A stretch of DNA of 64,000 nucleotides, taken from NCBI GenBank assembly GCA_964035545.1, contig OZ037771.1:13143133-13207132 (forward strand), read 5' to 3'. The position numbers and the translations under genes are program-made. Source of the DNA: Bugula neritina (lineage: Eukaryota; Animalia; Bryozoa). This document shows, in pieces, positions 23,001 through 35,000 of this stretch. A model generated the notes under the pieces. The model was not told the DNA's origin, did no database searches, and worked only from the letters and a program-made list of their open reading frames with translations. Each line of letters opens with the position of its first letter. Positions within the stretch are counted from its first letter, which is position 1.

Positions 23001-26000
23001 ATGTTTCCCCTTCAGTTTTCTGGTAGTTAATAAGGGAGCAGTCGTGGTCTAGGGGTTAGAGCGTTTGGCTTAATAAACACGAAGTCGTGGTTTTGAAACC
23101 CTCTCCTCCCCCCCCCCCTGACAAAGGCCATTGGTAATGTTAGGAAGAGCATCCAGTAATAATTGCTCCTGTACCTCATTTGAATAAGTCCTTAGCCCGA
23201 TTTAACAAAAAACCCTTTCCACCAGGAGTTTCGCACAGGAATAGCGACTATAAACTTCCGTCAGCTTTTATTTCTGATAGTTAACTAGTAAAAAGGACGT
23301 AATTGACCACATACTAAATTAGAAATACTTTAAATGCAGGGATACATTGGATGTAGTGAGGGGGTTAACTTCCACGCCCCAACCCAAGGCTATACTGATG
23401 ACCACCAGGCTATATTCCAATAAACTTCATCAAAAGAAACTTGTTAAAATAGTTATTCAAAAAGATTAGGCTTTTGGTCATAAAATAAAACAACAATCAT
23501 CAGAGTACATCTGATAAAATGGCCACCAGAAAACTGGGTATGTTTAAATAACAAATTTAATATGTTTCTTATAGTAAACTTTGCAGTAAAACCTTTAGCC
23601 AAGTTAGACACTTTCAAACCCGGATGTTATACATCACATTATATTCCTCCATTATGCCACGACTAAGAGGGAGTACTGTATGTCATATCGGCACCATCTA
23701 TTGCAGACTGCTAGCTGCTCCCAAATCTTAGAACATTCTCATTTATCAAATTCTATTTTCTCCCAAAAATGTTACGCAACACAGACTCCAAAACACCTCT
23801 TTTGCTTCAGAAGTCACCATAAAAATTAGCATATCATTGACAATGCTCAATCATAAACACAATAGGTAAGTTATACAGGTGCATACCTATTATCCCACAG
23901 AGGGTGACCCAAATACACCACAATATCAAACAACAAATACAGCAATAAATTACAAATGCCATATTCTATTTTATTGGCTCATTTAATCACTGAATATTTT
24001 CCAACATTTAAGGATTAGCAAATACCACATTGCCTGATTCACAACACAGCAACTGGAAAGGGGGGATAACAAGAGAGGCCCCCCAATACGCACAGTGAAA
24101 CTTCAAGGGTTAATCACCCATGCAGATGCAGCAAGTAAACTCATATGAAACAGTTTCACAATCTAACAACTTCCAGCCAGTTCTATATGTAGAGGTTGTG
24201 TACCCAGGCAATAGGAAAGTGAAAGTGAAAGGCCAACATTATACTACTGTAAGAATGTTCACTTGGATTGATAACTCCCAATTAAAGTTTAATTCTCCAA
24301 TTTTTGAACTCAACACGATTGTCCTATCTAGCAATGTCACAGCTCTCTGCCCTGAACGCATCATCAGCCAAAACTATCTGCCCTCAACGCATCATACCCT
24401 CATCTAAATCAGTACTCAGATTGTGAGTTGAGGCGCTGAATCTGCCAACTAATTAACATAAACTTTCAGTTTTTCGCCTCAATTCTCATACCAACTTGCG
24501 GACTATATATTTTCACAATGACTGGCAGACCTGTAGTTGCTCGATTAAAACTTTGACATAAATGAATGTTTCGACATAAAAATGATCAACTTTCACCTCC
24601 CCACACCTTCCACCACTTATGGCAACATCTGATTTGGCAATGTCACATATGGCCAGGTGAAATTTTCATTAACTTATTCGAGATGTTAGGCCATGTTGTG
24701 TAACCTGGGACCAAGGACTATAGTAAGTCTAAAAGGGCTATAGTAAGTCTAAAAGGGCTATAGTAAGTCTAAAAGGGCTATAGTAAGTCTAAAAGGGCTA
24801 TAGTAAGTCTAAAAGGGCTATAGTAAGTCTAAAAGGGCTATAGTAAGTCTAAAAGGGCTATAGTAAGTCTAAAAGGGCTATAGTAAGTCTAAAAGGGCTA
24901 TAGTAAGTCTAAAAGGGCTATAGTAAGTCTAAAAGGGCTATAGTAAGTCTAAAAGGGCTATAGTAAGTCTAAAAGGGCTATAGTAAGTCTAAAAGGGCTA
25001 TAGTAAGTCTAAAAGGGCTATAGTAAGTCTAAAAGGGCTATAGTAAGTCTAAAAGGGCTATAGTAAGTCTAAAAGGGCTATAGTAAGTCTAAAAGGGCTA
25101 TAGTAAGTCTAAAAGGGCTATAGTAAGTCTAAAAGGGCTATAGTAAGTCTAAAAGGGCTATAGTAAGTCTAAAAGGGCTATAGTAAGTCTAAAAGGGCTA
25201 TAGTAAGTCTAAAAGGGCTATAGTAAGTCTAAAAGGGCTATAGTAAGTCTAAAAGGGCTATAGTAAGTCTAAAAGGGCTATAGTAAGTCTAAAAGGGCTA
25301 TAGTAAGTCTAAAAGGGCTATAGTAAGTCTAAAAGGGCTATAGTAAGTCTAAAAGGGCTATAGTAAGTCTAAAAGGGCTATAGTGAGTCTAAAAGGGCTA
25401 TAGTAAGTCTAAAAGGGCTATAGTAAGTCTAAAAGGGCTATAGTAAGTCTAAAAGGGCTATAGTGAGTCTAAAAGGGCTATAGTAAGACTAGAAGGGCTA
25501 TAGTAAGTCTAAAAGGGCTATAGTAAGTCTAAAAGGGCTATAGTAAGTCTAAAAGGGCTATAGTAAGTCTAAAAGGGCTATAGTAAGTCTAAAAGGGCTA
25601 TAGTAAGTCTAAAAGGGCTATAGTAAGTCTAAAAGGGCTATAGTAAGTCTAAAAGGGCTATAGTAAGTCTAAAAGGGCTATAGTAAGTCTAAAAGGGCTA
25701 TAGTAAGTCTAAAAGGGCTATAGTAAGTCTAAAAGGGCTATAGTAAGTCTAAAAGGGCTATAGTAAGTCTAAAAGGGCTATAGTAAGTCTAAAAGGGCTA
25801 TAGTAAGTCTAAAAGGGCTATAGTAAGTCTAAAAGGGCTATAGTAAGTCTAAAAGGGCTATAGTAAGTCTAAAAGGGCTATAGTAAGTCTAAAAGGGCTA
25901 TAGTAAGTCTAAAAGGGCTATAGTAAGTCTAAAAGGGCTATAGTAAGTCTAAAAGGGCTATAGTAAGTCTAAAAGGGCTATAGTAAGTCTAAAAGGGCTA

Positions 26001-29000
26001 TAGTAAGTCTAAAAGGGCTATAGTGAGTCTAAAAGGGCTATAGTGAGTCTAAAAGGGCTATAGTAAGTCTAAAAGGGCTATAGTAAGTCTAAAAGGGCTA
26101 TAGTAAGTCTAAAAGGGCTATAGTAAGTCTAAAAGGGCTATAGTGAGTCTAAAAGGGCTATAGTAAGTCTAAAAGGGCTATAGTAAGTCTAAAAGGGCTA
26201 TAGTAAGTCTAAAAGGGCTATAGTGAGTCTAAAAGGGCTATAGTAAGACTAGAAGGGCTATAGTAAGTCTAAAAGGGCTATAGTAAGTCTAAAAGGGCTA
26301 TAGTAAGTCTAAAAGGGCTATAGTAAGTCTAAAAGGGCTATAGTAAGTCTAAAAGGGCTATAGTAAGTCTAAAAGGGCTATAGTAAGTCTAAAAGGGCTA
26401 TAGTAAGTCTAAAAGGGCTATAGTAAGTCTGAAAGGGCTATAGTAAATCTAAAAGGGTTATAGTAAGTCTAAAAGGGCTATAGTAAGTCTAAAAAGGTTA
26501 TAAGCCTAGAAGGGCTGTAAACCTAGAAGTGACTGTTTTTCATTTTGAACATTGTTCCCCATTCAACAAATATGACACTGTAATATGATATGCTTTTCTC
26601 TAATTAGTGAATTCAGGTCTTAATTGAAAGAAAACCTCCTCATAGAAGATAAACAATACAGTATTACAGACACACACACAGCTATACAGTTATGTAGAGG
26701 CAGTAAATACTCAAGAATTGTTCTAATTTCTATATTTCTCATGACTTTGTTTGTTAAAATACTTAAGAAAAACTATACTGATTTAGAGTTATGAATGCAA
26801 CAAGAACCTTGAGCTAGCTGTCTACTCTCCCAGCTATTTGACAGTCAGGTACCTTATCAGCTACAGGAATGTCAATCAAGTTATCATAAACAAATTAATT
26901 AGACACAACCTGGCAACCTATGAACAAACTGCTGTTATGTTTGAACTTTGAGCAACCAACTCTATAAATATTATTCTAATTATTAGTGCATCAGAAATAG
27001 TTGCTGCCTTCAGCTGCTGCCGATAGTTACCTCTGTCTACAGCCATCACTGCAAACTCGTGCAGCTGCTTAGCTTCGTAGTCCAGTTTGCTGCGCAGGGA
27101 GATAACTCCAGTTTCTGAGTTGATGGTGAAGTTAGCAGGAGGAGTAACTCCCTCTGCTTCCAGTGTGTAGGTGAGAATAGAGTTGGAACCACAGTCGCTG
27201 TCGGTGGCCGTCACCTAAGGCAGCAAGAAACAACTAATTGAAATGGTCAGTTAACATGGAGGGAACCAATAAGAATCAATAAAAGTATGGAATTCAGGAT
27301 ATATTTTTAGATTTCAAGACATATAAAAATGTTGACACAATTTTTCATAAACTGTCAACTTAAAATCAAGAAATTAATAAATTCAAAATAACCCCCTCTC
27401 CTCCAAACAATGCCTCCTGGAACAATGTAAACCACCTTAGCTTACAAACTTATTTCCTCTCCATCCACAGCCAATTTAAAAAGATTTTCAAAGTATTAGG
27501 GTTTTAATTACAGGATTTTATCATCATTAAACCGCAATTATAGTAAAATACAAGCAGATAATGTTTTGCCCTCAATTCTTGTGAAAATCAAGTGCGGGGA
27601 AAGCCACCTAGAGTTGGCATAGTTGATACTGGATAATTTTAATTTACTATATTACTATAACTATATATTATTATATGTTACTATATTACTATAACTATAT
27701 ATTATTATATGTTACTATATTACTATAACTATATGTTACATTAAAAAAACTAGCACAAGTTTATAGTCACCATCCCTGTGAGAAACCCCTCATGGAAAGG
27801 GTTTTTGTTACATCGGGGTAAGGACTTATTTAGATGGGGTACAGGAACTATTATGACTGGGTGCTCTTCCTAACATCACCAATCGCCTTTACTGGGGTTC
27901 GAACTCATGACTTCGTGTTTACTAAACCATGCGCTCTGACCCCTAGACCATGGCTGCTCCCTTATAGATTACTTAAACACATAAACTGAAATACTGTTAA
28001 AAGCTGAATGCCAAAAGAGATGATATCTGAAGTTGTTGAAAGTCACAAATACATGTTAAACTATCTTTTGCAGCTAGGTCAAAAGTTCTCTTGACTTTCT
28101 ACCCCAGGGCTGTTTCAAAACTTTTCAAAACTGACACAACAAGAATTAAACAAATTAGCCTAATTGTGTTGCAACAGAAAACAAAATAAGGATTTCAAAA
28201 GGCATTGTGGGTTAATCAGTGGTAATGAATCATTCTCCCTCAATGCCTGCCTTTGTTGCAATTATATTTGGAGAAGCTGCTGTTAGTACTTCATTGATTA
28301 TTTCTACCAATTCACCTATTAATAAGTACTGAAATCCAACCAAGAATAACATTGAATGAAAGAGTCAAGCAAGGCCTTTGATACAATTCCAAACTCAAAG
28401 GAATGTTTACTTTCACAGAGCACCACATCTCGACAGCATGTTATCAACAGTTACATAACTTTATAGCAAATCCCAGCTTCATTTTAAATGGAGTGTTGAT
28501 TTTAGCACAGTATTACAACTAAACATAATGTCAGGCTTTCAGCATGTGTTGAAATATCACAAGAGGGTGATAGCTAGCAGACGTGGTGGTTGTCTAAACA
28601 AATGGCTAAACTATTCTATCCATACCTCTTATATTTACATGACACCTCAGTTAGACTTTCAAAGTGAATCAAACCGATCATCCCATACACATCAAAGCTT
28701 TGAGCTCTTTACTCAAATATTTGAAAACTGAGAAGCAGGCTGCAAATTTTCTGTGAGAGGAAAACTGTCTCAACTCATACACAATGTAATGGATACGGAG
28801 ACAAAAGTGCCAGTGAAAATCTGCTGTGGCTAAGGGTAAATTTCCTTACCAAAGTTGGTGTCTAGTTGTAGAGACTACCTGCTGCCACATGAACTGGGTC
28901 AGCCTGTGTTCTAGCAGAAAATTATAAAATAAAGAAATTGCAAACCACGCCTCAAACAAAAAACCATACAAAAATTCCAAGGTTTCGACTATTCAACTTT

Positions 29001-32000
29001 CTTTTCTACTACTAAATAAAGGAAACTGATTTCATGGAGATTTGAGAACCACCTGGCTGCAGCTTGACACAAAACTAACTGGTTCTGAGTTGATGTTCCG
29101 TCTATGTTGAACCGAGGTAGGTGCAGTTATGGAGAAATTGAGAAAAGCCTGTGTCCTAGATTAAAAATGTAGCAAAAGAAAGCAAAAGAATTTCAACCCT
29201 CGCCCCAAACCAAAATTTAATAATAAAATTAAACAACTTAGGCTATCTCAATTTCCCAACTACTGCTCTTAAATGATGGTTGAACTCTGAACTGGGAGGT
29301 TAGTTGGCACAGTAAGAGTGATGTTACGAAACACGCCTCTCACGAGTCACCCCCCCCCTCATGAGTCATACCTGCAGAATGTCCTTGCCAATGTCCTCAC
29401 TCTCCGACACGGACACCGAGTAGAAAGGTCTGTCGAACACCGGCTGGTTGTTGCTCAGGTCTCTAATCGCCACGGTAACCAGAACTCTCTGGGAGGTCCT
29501 CGAGCTATCTCCGTGATCCGTAGCTTGGACGTAGAACCTGGGATAAGACAGAGCGGGAGTAGAAGTCAAGTACAAGGGCTGCAGAATGCAGACGATGTAC
29601 TTACATATCGACTCATCCGGAAAATATAAACAACATGGCTGCCAAAATATGTACTTTAAAAACAAGTTACACCTTGTTGCTAATGCATTCCGATAAAAAA
29701 ACCTCCCATAAACAAAAACTTGAAAAACTTCCAACAATGAAACATAATTAAAGTCAAAATCCTTCATCCGTGCATCAGATGTATTATTTAGACAGAGTTT
29801 CTACTTACTTGGGACTCGGGGCGGTGGAGTCGCACAGAATAGGCTCCTTAGCTGTGAGTACCATGCCCGACGTATTGTGAATAGTAAACCAATCAGAATT
29901 GGCGCCGGGGTATTCCAGGAGTGTGTAGGTTAGTCTGGCATTTTCTCCGATATCTCGATCTCTATAAACAGGTTTGTATTAGAGTCATAAGAAGAGCTCA
30001 TTTAGAACAAAATCACAACTGAGAATCGTAATCATTGTGATCACCGAGTCACAATCACTGACTGGCACTCGGTAATTCATACGTGGTGATAATAACTAGT
30101 GATGAATTATTAATATTTACATGGCAGTAATATTTCCAATAGGAGATCCCAGTTTCACCAACTCCTCTGTTTCCAGTGTGTAGGACGTCTGAGGAAACTC
30201 GGGGTCATTATCATTCACATCGTCTATGTACAGCACAACTGCCGCAGTTTTCTGTGAAATTATCAAAAATCAACAGCTGCAAAAGGGTTATCCCAACAAA
30301 TTTCTGGAATAAACCTGAGAACTTAAGCTATAAAGTAAGAACCTGAGCTACAAAGTACAACCAGTAAATCAATCCGCAAACCAACACTTGGGTTAGGAGT
30401 TAGAATTGCACTTTCTGTTATCAGCAGCAAAGTGGGAGTTGCCCACTCCAGTTGTGTGCGCGTGTGGAATCCAACACCTGTCTTGCGCTGTTAGCCAACA
30501 TTACTGATAAACACATAGCAGTATAAGCCACTGTGTAGTATTCAACAAAACGGTAAACATTTAGGGTTACGGATTTAGCATAGCGGAGAGATAGACAGCG
30601 CCCTGCACGGCAGCCAATGTGAGCGGTGTCTACTATTATAACTCTACAACTAGAAGCTGACCCTGTCACATCTACCAATATATATGCACATATTGCAATA
30701 TTTGTATATAATACACCAGCAATATAGCATATGCATTGATGATATGAGCATATATATTGATAATATGAGCATATATATTGGTAATATGAGCATATATATT
30801 GGTAATACGAGCATATATATTGGTAATACGAGCATATATATTGGTAATACGAGCATATATATTGGTAATACGAGCATATATATTGGTAATACGAGCATAT
30901 ATATTGGTAATATGAGCATATATATTGGTAATACGAGCATATAGTGTATAATATATGGTATTGAGTCAGCAATTCAGCGAGTAGTGAGCACCCTTATACT
31001 CACAGACGGGCCTCTTTTCTGCAAATTAAATTTACAAAGAGTTAAGAGTAATTTTGTTACAAATGCCTGCCTACTACCACCACACTATCTCCTAACTTTG
31101 TTAACTCAATAATATGGTAGATGACTGGGTCAATTGAATAAATAAATAAATTAGGTTTAAATCTAATATAGTAAGACACTGGCGAATAAATGTTTTCTGT
31201 AATTTCCATCATCAATCACTCACAGTGACATTTAGGGTTAATCAAATTACATTTAAAATTGCTGGAATCGTTGTAGAAGAACAGTACAAGTTAACAATAG
31301 CAGTAATGGGTGTGGAATATAACATATATCAGGGGTGAAAGTATAGTTTGGTACAAAAGATAACAAACAACAGACTAGGGTCAGCTGCTCAAATGGGGAG
31401 ATGTCAATTAATTTATCATAAACTCTTGGCAGATTCCGTCTGAGGGTGTAATAGTATATAATATATAATAATCAGGTCACACATGAGCAGTATAAGTTAC
31501 GACACTAATCTCCCTTATCCAGACTTCGTAGTAGCAGTGAAATTTACAATCTTCTTTTACCGTGATTTACTAGCCATTGGAGTATTTCTATTCAGTTATT
31601 ATTTATTTTCTGTAACTGAGTCAAAAAAGTTATGATCTCACAAGAATTCCAACTTGCACCCCAAACCAAAATTTCTTAAAATATTGAAGAACTTGGGCTA
31701 TAAAAATTTCTCTATCACCACATCTAAATGGACTCACTTGTCACTGAACCACCTTGACTCACTTGCCATTTAACCACCTTGACTCACTTGTCATTCAACC
31801 ACCTGACTCACTTGTCACTCAACCACTTTGACTCATTTGTCATTCAACCAAATGATTCACTTGTCATTCAACCACCTTGACTCACTTGTCACTGAACCAC
31901 CTTGACTCACTTGTCACTGAACCACCTTGACTCACTTGTCACTCAACCACCTTGACTCACTTGCCATTCAACCACCTTGACTCACTTGTCATTCAACCAC

Positions 32001-35000
32001 CTTGACTCACTTGTCACTCAACCACCTTGACTCATGATTTCAACATGTCACACAAACAGACACTCGGAGCTTCTACACAGCGGACAGCCATGCAAGCAGC
32101 CAGCTTGCCCAAGTTCTAACAACGGCACTTACAGAGAGGGGCGGAGATCCACTGTCCCACGCAGTCACCGACATGTTGTAAGTATCCACACTCTCTCTGT
32201 CCAACTCCTTTGATAAGACCAGAAAGAATGTGTCTCGGTCCCGTTTGTCTAGAGTAAATGTGCCTTCCGTGTCCGAGAGTTCGACTGTAAAGTCACCTTG
32301 GTCTTGATCAGGATCATTTATTGACAGTCTCAGTATATTGGTGCCCTAAAAATAGACATCTAGTGTAACGCCCAATCTAATTTAATGATAAAATCAAATA
32401 CTACGAAATTGGCACATAGAAGAGTAGACATGCACGAGATAAAGAAGGTATAAAATAAACTTGAAGGGGGGTCTTGTATTAGATTTGGCATGATCACTTA
32501 AAATAAGAGGTAGGTGGAGTAATGGAGAAATTGAGAAAAGCCTGTGTTCTAGATTAGAAGTGTAGCAAAAGAAGTTCTGTTCTTAAGAGAATTTCAAATT
32601 TTGCCCCAAACCAAAATTCATCAAGTAAATAAAATAACTTTGGCTATAAAAAGTTCTTCACTACTGTACCCAGATATAAAATAACTTATTTAAATATCAA
32701 AATATAGTAAATTATGTCAAAATAAATAGTAAATTAATGTTAAAATTTATTGAAAAACAGCAGCTATTGATTTCCCATATCTGGCTGTATATCAGAACCC
32801 ACCACACGGAAATCTTCTGGCAGTCGCTGGGTGTTGAAGTAACTTATGGTGATGACTGGGGCCTGGTCGTTGATGTTCACCACATGTACCTTGACAACAG
32901 CAGATGACGATTTGCTCGCAGTTCCGGGATTTTTTGCCACGATCCTCAGTCTAAATAAACAGTGATCTCAATATAGAACTAGCTCAGTAACATTGTCAGG
33001 GTACAACCCATAAATACCACAATACCACAATACCACAACACTGATTGTTTATCTAAAGGCTGGGCATCAGATGACTTTGGATGAGTGCCAACTGCTGACA
33101 TGTTTGGGGAATAAAGTCTGTACTTTCTCTCACTGGACATGTCAACACCAACACTTATTTTATTCGCATTTCAGTTTACCAAAACATCTCACCAAGTCCA
33201 GAGCAATATTATTACACCCAACCGGCTGCTCTTTGATATATTTATTGAGTCACTGCATAGTTATGTAAATATTCTATTGATTATTGAACTTCAAGTGCAA
33301 GAGGAGAAGAAAGGAAGACCCACCTGTAGACTGCATGTGGAACAAAATTAGGACATTTTTATATAAATCATAAAATAGATAAACTCTAGCAGCTAGAGAT
33401 GATTCAACATAGAAGCATGTTCATTAGTGTTATAATTCCCTTGAAGTTTCCAACTGCAAGCCTGCCAGACACTGTACCATATGGTAGACCCAGACCAAAG
33501 ACATAGCATAGTCTATACAGAGCTGATTCTACTAATACTGGGGTAACAATTCAGTAGGATTTGGGGCCATCTTTAATCTACTTGATCCTTTACAGACTAC
33601 GCATGGCAGGTCACAGCAGTCTGTTCTGATATCATGAAAAGAAGTGAACCTGCGTGTGGCCCTGCTACCTTATGCAATAGTGACTGGAACAGACATGCCT
33701 CAGGCTCCATTGTTGAGCTGAGATAAGCTCCCAATACAAAGTACTATTATAATAGAGGGAAGAATTTATCGGATTAGAATTTAAGTCTAAAACTCAAGAA
33801 TAGGAAAGACTTTGGGCATTGTGTGGGGAGTGGGTAGAGCCAGAGGTCTAGGGAGTAGGGGAGATTAGCTTTAGAGTCAACAATACACAGAGTGCACTGT
33901 ATACACATCATTTCAATGAAATCTCAAGTGGAAAATTCAGACAATCAGGTTTTCTTCTAGCTTGAGTTTTCCGCCTCAAAGAATAATTCTGAAGAACTGA
34001 TAAGCTGAGAAATAAAAGATATCCAACATCTACTACAATATTCCCCTGGCTACACCACTGGGAACTGGCTACACCACTGGGAACTGGCTACACCACTGGG
34101 AACTGGCTACACCACTGGGAACTGGCTACACCACTGGGAACTGGCTACACCACTGGGAACTGGCTACACCACTGGGAACTGGCTACACCACTGGGAACTG
34201 GCTACACCACTGGGAACTGGCTACACCACTGGGAACTGGCTACACCACTGGGAACTGGCTACACCACTGGGAACTGGCTACACCACTGAGAACGGAAACA
34301 TCACTTAAAACCAGATGAAATGCTCCAAGAGTGATGGTAGATGTCAACTGTTTTACATATTATAATTAATTAATTAATTGATTGATTAAAGAGAAATGGT
34401 TAGATAGAATCACTGAGAGAGAAATACTAAGACTAATGAGCCAGGTACCTGTAGAGAGACTGTACAATGTAGTCTAGTTCATGCTGCACAGTGATCTCTC
34501 CAGTGTCCCTGTTGACTGCAAAGTGGTTGTAGTTGGGAGTCGAGTCCTCGGCGCTCAGCTCGTATATCACGACGCCGTAGTTACCTTCCTCCTCGTCAGT
34601 CGCTCTCACCGTCAGCACGACTTGACCTGCGGCAGCAAACATAGAAAGGGTTAAACATGATACAGCTATACCACTTTATTTCTGATCATATATAAACTGA
34701 CGGAATGGATTCACTAAAATTATTAAGTTGTCATTTTTCCCCAAACTATACAGTTACGTCTGGTTGTTGATTTATACAGTACTTAGTCTAAATGCAGAAC
34801 TCAGTCTAAATGGAGAACTTGGTATAAATGTCGAACTTAGTATAAATGCAAGTACACCATAATGTTGAAATTACTGATAGTAATTAGCCCTGCTAGATGA
34901 CTTTGTTTCCTCTTATATCAAAGACAGTTAACACGGAATCCATACAAGACAATAACTGCAGACTATACACAAACAGGGGAGATTACTCTACAGGAAGAGA

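Noticed and set aside
24717-26500. CRISPR-like or telomeric array
   Set aside because: Head-to-tail units with no spacers, no cas genes, eukaryotic intron context, and the unit is not a known telomere repeat.
27890-27962. tRNA gene
   Set aside because: A and B boxes are present but there is no convincing cloverleaf, and it is fused to a SINE body found in four copies.
30421-30972. 183-aa and overlapping ORFs with YYQYICS repeats
   Set aside because: Produced by the 21-bp minisatellite, with no recognisable domain.
34046-34288. Cluster of Su(H)/CSL sites
   Set aside because: The unit has CTGGGAA, not the GTGRGAA consensus.
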